A stretch of DNA of 64,000 bases from a virus. A model generated the notes under the pieces. That model saw nothing but the letters and a program-made list of their open reading frames with translations, had not been told where the DNA came from and made no database searches. Position numbers and translations under genes: made by a program. Positions 37,236 through 47,500 of the stretch are shown here, one piece after another (position 1 is the stretch's first letter; every line of letters starts with the position of its first letter). The DNA lies in UHGV virus genome UHGV-1352853; one strand, written 5' to 3'.

Positions 37236-37871
37236 ATGAGCATTAACGATAAACCGACCGCTGGCGTAGATGTAAACGTGCAGGGCAACGAAGATACCGT
37301 TAACGATATTGCAATGCCTAGTGAACTTGAAGTTCTTAAGCAACGTGCAACATTGATGAATATTAAGTTCTCTAACAACATCTCCGTTGAGAAACTCCGT
37401 GAGAAGATTGAAGCTGCACAAGTAAAAGATGAACCAGTAGTAGAAGAAGCTGCTGTTAACCCATTGGGTGAAAAACAAGAAGCAGGTGTTAAGAAGATGA
37501 CTCTGGGTCAGAAGATTCGTGCAGAACAGACTCGACTGATTCGTGTACGCATCCAGAACCTTGACCCTAAGAAGAAAGACCTGCCGGGTGAGATTATCAC
37601 CGTAGCTAACGAATATATGGGTACTGTACGTAAGTTTGTACCGTTCGGTGAAGTCACTGACAACGGTTATCATATTCCGTACTGTATCTATGAGTTCCTT
37701 AAAGAGCGTAAGTTCATCAACATTACGACTCGCAAAGGTAAGAATGGCTTACCGGATATCCGTGCAACAGAAGCACGAGAGTTCTCCATTGAAGTACTGC
37801 CACCGCTGACTGAAGCAGAACTGGCTCAACTGGCTCAAGCACAGATTGCTGCTGGTAGCCTGAACGATTAA
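37236..37871 (+). CDS. virion protein (N4 gp55-like)
   Basis: synteny; 211 aa. Confidence 0.45.
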   Translation: MSINDKPTAGVDVNVQGNEDTVNDIAMPSELEVLKQRATLMNIKFSNNISVEKLREKIEAAQVKDEPVVEEAAVNPLGEKQEAGVKKMTLGQKIRAEQTRLIRVRIQNLDPKKKDLPGEIITVANEYMGTVRKFVPFGEVTDNGYHIPYCIYEFLKERKFINITTRKGKNGLPDIRATEAREFSIEVLPPLTEAELAQLAQAQIAAGSLND

Positions 37872-37892
37872 CGTATAAGCTACAGTTCAACA

Positions 37893-37929
37893 CGGCTCAC
37901 TGGGGTAACTCCGTGGGCCGTTTCTTTTT
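37893..37929 (+). terminator. intrinsic terminator
   Basis: CGGCTCAC...GTGGGCCG stem followed by TTTCTTTTTG. Confidence 0.55.
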
Positions 37930-37941
37930 GAACCAAGAGGA

Positions 37942-38784
37942 ATGATTATGTCTTGTTCTGCTGAGGTAGAAGCTAACCGACTCCTAGTAGAGTTAACTAA
38001 GGGTGATGACTTTACTCTGCCCAATGTTGATATGTCCGGTCCTGCATGGGATATCCCAGGTGGAGATACTTCCCCAATCTTTGGTGCTATTGATAAAGTA
38101 ACCAATGAGTCACTCACTACTCGTGAAGTAGGTGGTAGTGGTACGTTTGATGCATTAATGGAATCTGCACACAATCATCTCAAAGCCGAGTTTAAAGCTA
38201 ACCGTATTACTGGTGGTGAATATACCAAAGCGTACATTGCTATGATGGAAGCCTGTATGAGTAATGCTGTTCAGTTCTTACTTGGGCGTGACCAAGCATA
38301 CTGGGCTGCTGCTATGGCACAGATTCAGGCAGTTACTGCACGTGTTGGTTTAGCAACTGCTAAGGCTCAGTTTGTACTTGCTAAGGTACAGGCACTGTCT
38401 ACTAAGTCTGAGTATGCCTTAACTAAGCTGAAGCTCTCTAATGAGGGTCAAAATTACTGTGCTGCAAAATTCAATGTGGATGAGATTCTTCCAGCTCAGG
38501 AACGTTTACTTAAAGAACAGTATGAAGTACAGCGTGCACAGACCATGGAAACACGTTCAGACTCATTGCCTATTGCTGGTTCTATTGGTAAACAGAAAGA
38601 ATTGTACTCTCAACAGATTACTTCTTATCAACGGGATGCAGAAGTGAAGGCATCCAAGCTGTTTACTGATGCATGGATTACTCAGAAGACTATTGATGAA
38701 GGTTTGAATCCACCTAATGGTTTTACTAACGCAAGTATTGATACCATCTTGGACAAGCTGAAATCTAACAACGGGCTGAACTAA
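37942..38784 (+). CDS. virion protein (N4 gp54-like)
   Basis: synteny; 280 aa. Confidence 0.45.
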   Translation: MIMSCSAEVEANRLLVELTKGDDFTLPNVDMSGPAWDIPGGDTSPIFGAIDKVTNESLTTREVGGSGTFDALMESAHNHLKAEFKANRITGGEYTKAYIAMMEACMSNAVQFLLGRDQAYWAAAMAQIQAVTARVGLATAKAQFVLAKVQALSTKSEYALTKLKLSNEGQNYCAAKFNVDEILPAQERLLKEQYEVQRAQTMETRSDSLPIAGSIGKQKELYSQQITSYQRDAEVKASKLFTDAWITQKTIDEGLNPPNGFTNASIDTILDKLKSNNGLN

Positions 38785-38785
38785 T

Positions 38786-41440
38786 ATGGGCTTATTCAGT
38801 GGGAAGACTAAAGTATACGTAGCATCCTCTGTCTACAATATGGCAGGGGATATACATAAGCGTCCAAACTATATGAAGACTGTAGTTATCGGTAAGATTG
38901 TTGCTGATACTGGATTTACTATGGCAGATACTATCTCTGATAGTTACCTGAACGGACCGGGTACTCGTATGCGATTGTTCTCTAGCTGGAGTAAGAATCA
39001 CTATGACTCTATCGTTGGTATGGCTGGTTCCTCATTGGGTGTATTAGCCAAGATTGACCCTGCTGTTATAGAGGGTCAAATTACCCCTCCTGCCGGGGAA
39101 TCTGTCTATGTTCAGGCAGCAAATATTGGCTTTGCTGATTTTGAGCAGTGGTGTGACCAGTATCTTTATGAGAATGCCCCAAGTCGAATCATGGAACGAT
39201 TCGACATAGACATTAACGAGGACACTAATGAAATTACTATGACCTCCTTAGATGGAGGCTCTACTATTACATTTACACCTACCAACTTTGAACCAGGTGC
39301 TCTGTATCTCTATGCTGATTACACATTCTATAAGTCACCTACTACCTACCCACCCGTAGAAGGTCCGACTACTGTCTATGATAATGAAGATGATTTACCG
39401 TCTACCTTGTTGTGGACTACTGTCACCAGTGATACGACAGCTAATACAACTAACCTTACTAAGACTATACAGACTCATTCGGTTTATTCTGACGGTAGAC
39501 CGGATGAGGACAGTACTGTTACTGAACCAAGTGTGGATAACTGGAACTCTTACGTTAAGGTTTATCGTAGGGGATTCACTGAGAAACCAGATGATGTAAC
39601 TGTAGTTGTATCTGACAGGGTAATGACTCATAAAAAGTTTGGTGAGATTCAATCCAGTACTTCTGTAACTACTAATGTAGTTGATATAGGTAATGGTGTT
39701 ACTCGTACAGATACGATCACCACTACTACTGAGACACTGGTTCGTAAGTATTCCTCCCAGACTACTCATACTGACACTGAAATGACTGCTGTTAGTACTC
39801 CCAAGATGCTCATCTATAAGCATAACTCTGGCAATACTGTACTAGACTCATTATTTGAGACTGAAGCTACTGATAACCGATTCTATCCATTTATTCCAAT
39901 CAGGAATGATAAACAATGGGTAGAGAATGACCCAATTTACCCACACTGTAAAAAGGCTCTTTATAAAGCCACTGGGGGTAAACTTAATAAAGTAACAGCA
40001 GAGCTTAAGAAAAATAATGATATAGGGGATATACAGTACATCTACGGTACATTTGGTGTATCTCTTAATACTCCAGAGGATACTGCTAAGGAATACATCT
40101 ATCGTTTTTTTCAGATGGCTACCGAAGCGTTTCCACCTGACCCAACATACCCAACTCTGGAATCAGTAATTGCAGGATACCAGGCAGCCAATGATGCAGT
40201 TGATGCATATGTAGAATGGTGGAACAGGCAGGAAGGTCATATTGTTGGAACACCTCCCCCCTTGCCAGAATACCCTGTCATACCTAAGCGAGAGTTTAGG
40301 GTACATAGTAATAAGCAGTACAAATACGACATGACTATTAGCTGGAATTATGTATTTGAAACTACTCACTCAGGTAAAGCATGGTCTGGTGCTAAACAAG
40401 GGCAACTTCGAGCCAGGTATGCAGGGGATATAACTCTTACACGCAAGAACATACGTACAGCTAGTAACTCTGGTTCAGCTAAAAGATTAGAAGTTACTCC
40501 TACGTTTTACTCTATGCAGGAATATGAGTTGCTTTGGCAAGATGGTAATAACACCTATCGTAAACTTAGGGTGCTGGGCTTACACCATAGCAACAGGGTT
40601 TATAAAAACAAGTCAGTGAATATTGATGTTGCTGAAGCTATGGGTGATGCAGAGGAGAGTGGATTCATAATCCCCCTACATACTAATATCTATCGTTCTA
40701 TGTCACTGGTTCGTGGTACTCAGTTATCTACTGCTTGCTCCTACTTAGTGATGAACTCATACAAAAAGGTTAAGAAGAAGTGGTATCAAACTTCTGCCTT
40801 TAAGATTGTGGTGGTTGTGGTTGCTGTAGTTGCATCCGTATTTACTATGGGTGCAGGTGGTGCTGGTATTCTTGGAGCTTACGGTGCAGTCGGTGCATCA
40901 CTCGGTTTTGTTGGATTGGCTGCCGTAATAGTAGGTGCTGTAGCAAACACCATTGCTGCAATGATTCTGATATCCATCACTACTAAAGTAGCTACTTCAC
41001 TGTTTGGCGATAAGCTAGGTTTTATCATTGCTGCTATTGCCTCGATGGTAGCCATGAATGTTGGTACTGCTTTATCTACTGGTACGTCCTTATCTTCTCT
41101 AGCCGGTGAAATGATGAATGCCCAAAACATCATGCAGCTTACTAGTTCGGTTGGTAATGGTATTAGTCAGTATATTAATGCATCCACGGCTGCTACTATT
41201 CAGAAAGCAGAGAAAGTAATGCAGCAGTACAATACTGATATGATGGCAATCAATAAGCAGTATGAAGAGATGTTTGGTACTGCTGGGCAGGGTGTAATTG
41301 ACCCTATGCAATTCGTGTCAATGGAGTCGTTGGATTCATTCCTTTCACGTACTCTTATGACTGGTTCGGATATAGCTGACATGTCCTTAAGCATGATAGG
41401 TAACTACTCCGATATGACTCTCAATACTGACCTTGTTTAA
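38786..41440 (+). CDS. large virion/ejection-type protein (N4 gp53 position) with Thr-rich central region and C-terminal glycine-zipper membrane segments
   Basis: 884 aa; TTTTETLVRKYSSQTTHTDTEMT; C-terminal FKIVVVVVAVVASVFTMGAGGAGILGAYGAVGASLGFVGLAAVIVGAV. Confidence 0.45.
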   Translation: MGLFSGKTKVYVASSVYNMAGDIHKRPNYMKTVVIGKIVADTGFTMADTISDSYLNGPGTRMRLFSSWSKNHYDSIVGMAGSSLGVLAKIDPAVIEGQITPPAGESVYVQAANIGFADFEQWCDQYLYENAPSRIMERFDIDINEDTNEITMTSLDGGSTITFTPTNFEPGALYLYADYTFYKSPTTYPPVEGPTTVYDNEDDLPSTLLWTTVTSDTTANTTNLTKTIQTHSVYSDGRPDEDSTVTEPSVDNWNSYVKVYRRGFTEKPDDVTVVVSDRVMTHKKFGEIQSSTSVTTNVVDIGNGVTRTDTITTTTETLVRKYSSQTTHTDTEMTAVSTPKMLIYKHNSGNTVLDSLFETEATDNRFYPFIPIRNDKQWVENDPIYPHCKKALYKATGGKLNKVTAELKKNNDIGDIQYIYGTFGVSLNTPEDTAKEYIYRFFQMATEAFPPDPTYPTLESVIAGYQAANDAVDAYVEWWNRQEGHIVGTPPPLPEYPVIPKREFRVHSNKQYKYDMTISWNYVFETTHSGKAWSGAKQGQLRARYAGDITLTRKNIRTASNSGSAKRLEVTPTFYSMQEYELLWQDGNNTYRKLRVLGLHHSNRVYKNKSVNIDVAEAMGDAEESGFIIPLHTNIYRSMSLVRGTQLSTACSYLVMNSYKKVKKKWYQTSAFKIVVVVVAVVASVFTMGAGGAGILGAYGAVGASLGFVGLAAVIVGAVANTIAAMILISITTKVATSLFGDKLGFIIAAIASMVAMNVGTALSTGTSLSSLAGEMMNAQNIMQLTSSVGNGISQYINASTAATIQKAEKVMQQYNTDMMAINKQYEEMFGTAGQGVIDPMQFVSMESLDSFLSRTLMTGSDIADMSLSMIGNYSDMTLNTDLV

Positions 41441-41897
41441 CAGGAGAATCCTCATGGATTTGTCATTCTTTACGGGCAACCCAACTCCACAGCCAGCGGC
41501 TATGTCTTGGATGCCCAATAATAATCAGAACTTTAATACCCCTGCTATGAATTACATCCCAGGTGCATCCATTGGTATGGGTACAAATGCAGGAGTATCT
41601 TCTCCTACTTCTTTCTTGTCTGGTTCAGCTAATCAGTTGGGAATGAACGTACCTACCTTCCAGTTAGGGCTTGGTGCACTTGGTTCATTAGCTAATATCT
41701 ACAGTGGTTTTCAGGCTAATAAGTTAGCCAAAGACCAGTTGAACTTTACCAAGAGTGTTACTAACACTAACCTGAATAGCCAGATTAAGTCTTATAACAC
41801 TGCACTGGAAGACCGTGCTCGTAGCCGTGCTACAGCAGAGAATCGTGACCAGTCTACTGCTGATGCTTATATTGCAGCTAATAAATTAACCCGTTAA
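41433..41897 (+). CDS. virion protein (N4 gp52-like)
   Basis: synteny; 154 aa; Gly/Ser/Asn-rich. Confidence 0.4.
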   Translation: MFNRRILMDLSFFTGNPTPQPAAMSWMPNNNQNFNTPAMNYIPGASIGMGTNAGVSSPTSFLSGSANQLGMNVPTFQLGLGALGSLANIYSGFQANKLAKDQLNFTKSVTNTNLNSQIKSYNTALEDRARSRATAENRDQSTADAYIAANKLTR

Positions 41898-41970
41898 TAG
41901 GAAACCATCATGGCTCATTGAGTTTTGGGTATTGTTTAGTTAGTATGTGCCATAAAAAAGGGGAACAGCT

Positions 41971-42507
41971 ATGAAACAATACCCAAACTCAAATATTAAT
42001 GTTCAGTGGAAACCTGCTCATATGGTTAACTCTGGTTGTAAGTTTTCTACTAAAACAGAAGATGGCAGTAAAACATGCTCTGCATACGTAAGATGGTGGG
42101 GGATGTTTATGCGGTGCTACAATCCGACTAATCCTGGGTATCCTCAATACGGTGCGAGGGGGGTTGTTGTTAGTAAAGAGTGGGGTAATTACCAAGACTT
42201 TGCTCAGTGGTACTATGATACCTGTTTCCTTTTAGGTATTGACCCAGAAAACAATAACTTTCAACTGGATAAAGATAATGGGCCAGTCCCTGAGTATAGT
42301 CCAAAAGTTTGTAAACTAATCCCAGTGTCAGACAACGTAGCTAAGGCTAATAGTAAGTCCCACTGGTACATAGACCCCAATGGTGATGTTGTGGAAATTA
42401 TTAATTTAAACAAATTCTGCCGAGAGCATGGGTTAAGTCGTAAGCAAATGTATCGTTTGCGGGATGGTACTTGTGAATCTCATCGTGGATGGAGGTTTTA
42501 CGTATGA
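41971..42507 (+). CDS. homing-endonuclease-like protein with AP2-type DNA-binding motif (free-standing insertion in virion-gene module)
   Basis: Y..W..M..RC.NP....Y..YGARGV.V..EW..F..F..W motif (YVRWWGMFMRCYNPTNPGYPQYGARGVVVSKEWGNYQDFAQWYYD); own strong SD AAAGGGGAACAGCT-ATG; degenerate HNH-like LDKDNGP...N; interrupts otherwise N4-syntenic gp52-gp51 junction. Confidence 0.5.
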   Translation: MKQYPNSNINVQWKPAHMVNSGCKFSTKTEDGSKTCSAYVRWWGMFMRCYNPTNPGYPQYGARGVVVSKEWGNYQDFAQWYYDTCFLLGIDPENNNFQLDKDNGPVPEYSPKVCKLIPVSDNVAKANSKSHWYIDPNGDVVEIINLNKFCREHGLSRKQMYRLRDGTCESHRGWRFYV

Positions 42508-44468
42508 GTCAGATAACCTGGCGTAATGTTGACGCACCTAACTTCTCCGGAGTAGGTGACAGCATTCGCACATTTGGCAGCATGATTGGTAACGCCACCT
42601 CCGGCTTAAGTGATGCACTGGGTAACTTCCAGAACGCTGCCAAGCAGGAGGCAGGCAATGCCGTCATGATGAATGCTATGCAGTACCAAGATCCTACTGA
42701 GTACCGTAATGCTTTGGCATCAGGTGCACTGTTTCAGGGGGTTGACCCTTCTCTGGTAAGCCAACGTACTCTCCAGAATCTGGATGAGCGAGCAGGTACA
42801 TTGTTGAATCAACAAGGGCAGCAAGGAACCAACGACTATAATGCTTATAATTTTGGTCGCTTAAAGGACATTAACTCTGCATTGGATAATGCTTCCCCAG
42901 CTATTCGTTTACTGTCCGAGGCTTACCAGTCTGGTGACCAGAATCGTATTAATACTGCATTAGGTCAGACCCGTGAGGCATTATCTACACTTCCTGCTGA
43001 CAAGCAGTTAGAAATGTTAGATCGTTTACAAGGACAGGGTGGTGCTGCTATTAATCAGGCGAGCAATCGTTTTGATTTGGGTGTTGCTCAACGTAATGAT
43101 GCCGATAGTCAGGCAGCTATGGGTGTAATGGCACAGATTACCCGTGGTGCTGAGAACCCTAATGATGCCCGTCTGTTGGCAGAAGCATACAGTAAGAACC
43201 TGTCTCCAGTTGCACAGGCACGCTTGCAGGGATTACTGGCTAATGCTTACCCGGGTGTTTACGGTAATGGTGTAGGTGCTACGTCTGCTCCTGGTACTGC
43301 TGGTACTCGTCAGGGTTCACCTTACGATGTTACTTATCAGTTTGCTGGTACATCTACTCCTATTACTCAAATGAGTATTGGTGATGTAATTAAACACCAG
43401 GATGGTATGAAATCGAACCAGGGTGCTTCACCTGTTGGTGCATTCCAGATTAACCAAGCTACTCTGAAAGACTTCGCTCCCAAAGTTCTTGGTTCAGATT
43501 GGCAAAGTCAGCCTCTTTCTGCTGAGAACCAGGATAAGATTGGTAAGGCTATCTTCGAGTCTCGTAAGAATGGCAACCTTAAAGATACCTGGGCTGCTCT
43601 TCCTAACTCTACCCCGGGTGCTTATAAGGACATGACTTGGGAAGAGATTAAACCTGTTATTGCCCAAGCTGAAGTAGGGGCTGACCCACTCGCTATGGTT
43701 CAGAATAATCAAGGCAATCAGGCAGTATCTACCTTGGCTCAGGGTATGATTGGTACACGTTCTATGCAGGATAATACCGGTAGTCTTAATACTGACTTCC
43801 TTGGTACTGTCACTGATAATACCCCAGTAGGTGAGATTGCTAACCGTCTGTTGGAAGGTGATTTTAAAGGTGCTGACCGTAACTGGGTACTGAACCGACT
43901 GAACGATATTTCTCAACGTGGAAATATGTCACCAGCTATGGCTGCTGCTGTTATGCAACGTGCACAGACTGGTGTACCAGAAGGTTATATTAGTCGTGCT
44001 ATTGATGCAGTTAACCCATTCATTACCAACGAAGCCGGTAATGGTATGCGTCTTAATGACCGTCAGGTAGAACAGTTAATTGAGGGTGTGAAACGGGGAG
44101 AACCACTGGAAGGTAGTGTTCGTAACCTTGGTCGTGCTCAGGCTATGCAGAATATTCAGGCAGCACAGACTGCATATGATGCTGCTGTAGCTGCACTGAC
44201 AAATACCCAGAACAAGATTAACACCGGACAAACAGGACTTACTGCATTGTTACCTGCACGTCAGGAAGCTGTTACTAAAGCTGCTGCAATGCTACAAGCT
44301 GCACAAGCCCAAGTACAAGCAGACCCAGCTAACCTGGCTCCAAGGGGTTTTCAGTCACAGGCTAGTGTAGACAGGGCACGAGCCAAGGAAGATGAAGAAC
44401 GTGCTGCACGTTACCTACGTCAGGCACAAGGTTTGCCTGAGTATATGCAACCAAGACAAAATCGGTAA
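42489..44468 (+). CDS. virion protein (N4 gp51 position), possible lysozyme-like segment
   Basis: 659 aa; segment SPVGAFQINQATLKDF resembles transglycosylase GAxGLMQ...T motif (weak). Confidence 0.4.
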   Translation: MEVLRMSQITWRNVDAPNFSGVGDSIRTFGSMIGNATSGLSDALGNFQNAAKQEAGNAVMMNAMQYQDPTEYRNALASGALFQGVDPSLVSQRTLQNLDERAGTLLNQQGQQGTNDYNAYNFGRLKDINSALDNASPAIRLLSEAYQSGDQNRINTALGQTREALSTLPADKQLEMLDRLQGQGGAAINQASNRFDLGVAQRNDADSQAAMGVMAQITRGAENPNDARLLAEAYSKNLSPVAQARLQGLLANAYPGVYGNGVGATSAPGTAGTRQGSPYDVTYQFAGTSTPITQMSIGDVIKHQDGMKSNQGASPVGAFQINQATLKDFAPKVLGSDWQSQPLSAENQDKIGKAIFESRKNGNLKDTWAALPNSTPGAYKDMTWEEIKPVIAQAEVGADPLAMVQNNQGNQAVSTLAQGMIGTRSMQDNTGSLNTDFLGTVTDNTPVGEIANRLLEGDFKGADRNWVLNRLNDISQRGNMSPAMAAAVMQRAQTGVPEGYISRAIDAVNPFITNEAGNGMRLNDRQVEQLIEGVKRGEPLEGSVRNLGRAQAMQNIQAAQTAYDAAVAALTNTQNKINTGQTGLTALLPARQEAVTKAAAMLQAAQAQVQADPANLAPRGFQSQASVDRARAKEDEERAARYLRQAQGLPEYMQPRQNR

Positions 44469-44476
44469 TACTAATA

Positions 44477-44500
44477 AAAGCCCTTCGGGGCTTTTTTCTT
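44477..44500 (+). terminator. intrinsic terminator (AAAGCCC-TTCG-GGGCTTT + T-run)
   Basis: textbook hairpin with TTCG loop and T7. Confidence 0.7.
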
Positions 44501-44562
44501 ACACAGGCTTACTGTAGAGTAAGCTTCCTATATACGATATAAGTTTGAACAGGAAACATGCT

Positions 44563-47500
44563 ATGTCAACATTTGACCGTCTGGCAGGTTTCGCAGACAG
44601 CATCACTAATGCTAAGCAAGTCGATGTCTCTACTGCAACCTCTCAGAAGCAAGCTGCACAAGGGCAAAGCCCTTTCCAATTAACCCCGGAGAATGCTTAC
44701 AATCTCCAAACCGGACGAGTAGGTAATTTAGGAATCGGTGCGTTCGAACCAGGTTCTCTTCAGGCAGATTTCACTCAAGCCTCCCCATTAGAAATTCTTA
44801 ATAAATACGGTAATGAGCAAGGTCTACAGATTATTAATAGCCGAGCTAATGCTGCTGATGCTGTACGTCAAGACTTATCTAAACAACGTACTAACGCAGA
44901 AGCATTTGGCGATACTCTTTCTGGTGTTGGTCTTGGTGTTGCTAATACCCTTGGGGGCATTGCTGCTCTTGGCACAGGTCTGGTCAATGATAATGCCGGG
45001 GCATCCATTGCTTCTGGGATGGATTGGCTGAATGAAGGTGTACATAATCTACAGTCTGATGCATTGAATGCTACCCGTAAGGTTGTTCAGAATCAGAACC
45101 AGATTTCTGCACAAAAGAACCAGAAACTATACGAACAAGACATCAAAAATGGGGAGAGCAGTTTGGTTGCCTCCTTGTCTCGCATTGGTCGTGATGCTTT
45201 TGATTCTGTTGCTAATACACTTGATAACGGTATGGCTGCTACTGATGGGCTAAGTGAAGGTGTTGGTTCCCTCTTTACTGGTGGTCCACTTATCCGTGGT
45301 GTATCTGCACTCGGCAAAGTAATGGTAGGTGGTGATAAAGCCGTTAAGGGTATTACCTTAGCTGCTGAGTTAGGTTCTCGTCCTGCACAGGTTGCATTGT
45401 CTGCTGGTCGTGTTGCTGCACCTGCTATTGCAATTGGTGGTATGGAAGCTGGTGGTGCATACCAACAGACTGCTTCTGAAATCATGAAGATGTCACATCA
45501 AGAATTAGCAAGTAAGTCTCCTGTTTATCAACAACATATTGCTGATGGTTTATCTCCTGATGAAGCTCGTCGTCAGACTGCATCTGAAACAGGTATCATT
45601 GCTGCTGGCTTAACTGCTCCGGTTGCTGCTGCTACTGGTCCACTGGTATCTAAATTCGAACTTAATCCACTTAAGGTAGGCTCACTGGCTGGTGCAGGTT
45701 CTAACATGCTACGTGAGACTGTAGAAGAAGGTATCCAGTCTGGTACTAGTCAGTTTGCACAGAACAAGGCAATTCAGGGTAATGTAGATACTAAGCGTGA
45801 TTTGCTTAAAGGTGTTGGTGAACAAGCAGGTCTTGGTGCACTCTATGGCTTCGGTAGTGCTGGTGTTGCTCAGGCTCCAGGTGCAACTGTTAAAGCTGTT
45901 GATGCTGCTGCTGGGCCTGCTTTACGTACTACTCTGGCTGGTGCTTCCCTGGTTGGTAGTGCATTAGCAAAAGCTGCTTCCCCTATTACTAACATCCTGG
46001 TTCAACGTGGTGAAGAAGTAGCTAAGCGTAATGAACAAGCATCCCCTGTATCAGATGCTACGGTTAATGCTGCTGCGCAAGAAGCTACTGCTCAAGCAGA
46101 ACAAGCACAAGCAACCGTACAGGAAGCAGTAGATGCAATGGACATTTCCCCTGAAGAGAAAGCTGCTGCTACTCAGTATGCTGCTGATTTAACTCAAGCA
46201 ATGAAGTTTGACCCAGTAGAGCTAGAACAAGCTAATCCTGCAATCCGTGAAGCTGTTTCTGGTTCCACTAACCGTGTTGAAGCTATTCAGAAGATGGCTG
46301 ACCTGGTTAATACTGCTGAAGACCCTAACGTTCAAATGGAAGCTGCAATTCAGATGTATGACAACATCATGTCTATGGATAGCTTCATTAACCGTGACCC
46401 GGGTGCTCTGGCTAATCTGGAACAAGGTTCCCCTGCTGCTAATATTGTTGACCAGTTCTCTGGTCTAATGGCTAACGTACAGAATACTCCAAAGGTACTT
46501 CGTGCATTCCGTGCCATTCATTCCATGATTCAGGAACAGGCTGAAGCAGGTAAACTGAAAGCTACTGAAGAAGCCAACCAAGCCCAAGCAAACAATATTG
46601 CTATGGCTGCTGATATGTCTCCAGAAGTACTGGATGCAGACTCAGTGAACATGGTTCTGAAGCACGCAAGTGAAGGTAAGATTACGTTAGGGAATCGTCA
46701 GCGTGCTGCCCTGCAATCTGCTGCTGCTCTATTGCAAGGAGCACGAGAATTTGACGCTAAAGCAGAAGAACTGGGCTTACGTCCTCAGGACATTGTTAGT
46801 AAACAGATTAAAACCGACGAGTCTCGTTCTAATGAAGGTCAGTACTCTGCGTTGCAACATGCTAAACGCATTCGTTCTGCGTACAACTCTGGTAACTTCG
46901 ATTTGGCTTCCGCTTATCTCGACGACTTTATGAAGTTCGCCCAGCACATGCAGAATAAGGTCGGAGCGTTGAATGAGCATCTGATTTCGGGGAATGCGGA
47001 TAAGAATAAGTCTGTTCATTATCAGGCTCTTACTCCCTCCCGTGAATGGGTACGTAGTCGTACTGGCCTCGGTGTCAATCCGTATGATACCAAGTCGGTT
47101 AAGTTTGCCCAGCAAGTAGGACTGGAGGCCAAAACCGTAGCTGATATTGCTAACGCACTTGCTACGGCTTACCCGGAGCTTAATGTTTCTCATGTGAAAG
47201 TTACCCCATTGGATTCACGTCTGGACAAACCTGCTGCCCAGGTAGTTAAAGAGTTCCGTCAAGGTGGTCTTGATGCCACTCAATCTCAACAGACTAATGA
47301 ACCAGTGAATCAGGTTGATGAAACTCCTGTTACAAAACAGGAACCAGTTACCCCTACTGTACAGACTAAACCCTCTGTTAGTGAAGCTGTTAAAACAGAA
47401 CCTGCTATTAAAGAGTCTAAACCACAGGTTGTAAAAGAACCTGAGAATCAGTCTGAAAAACAGGATGCTACCCTCACTAATGAGGATACCACTCAGGGAG

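Noticed and set aside
41971-42507. Calling the 178-aa insert a confirmed HNH nuclease
   Set aside because: Only the AP2-type DNA-binding signature is clear. The HNH catalytic residues look degenerate (LDKDNGP instead of a His-containing motif), so I report it as HEG-like rather than as an active nuclease.
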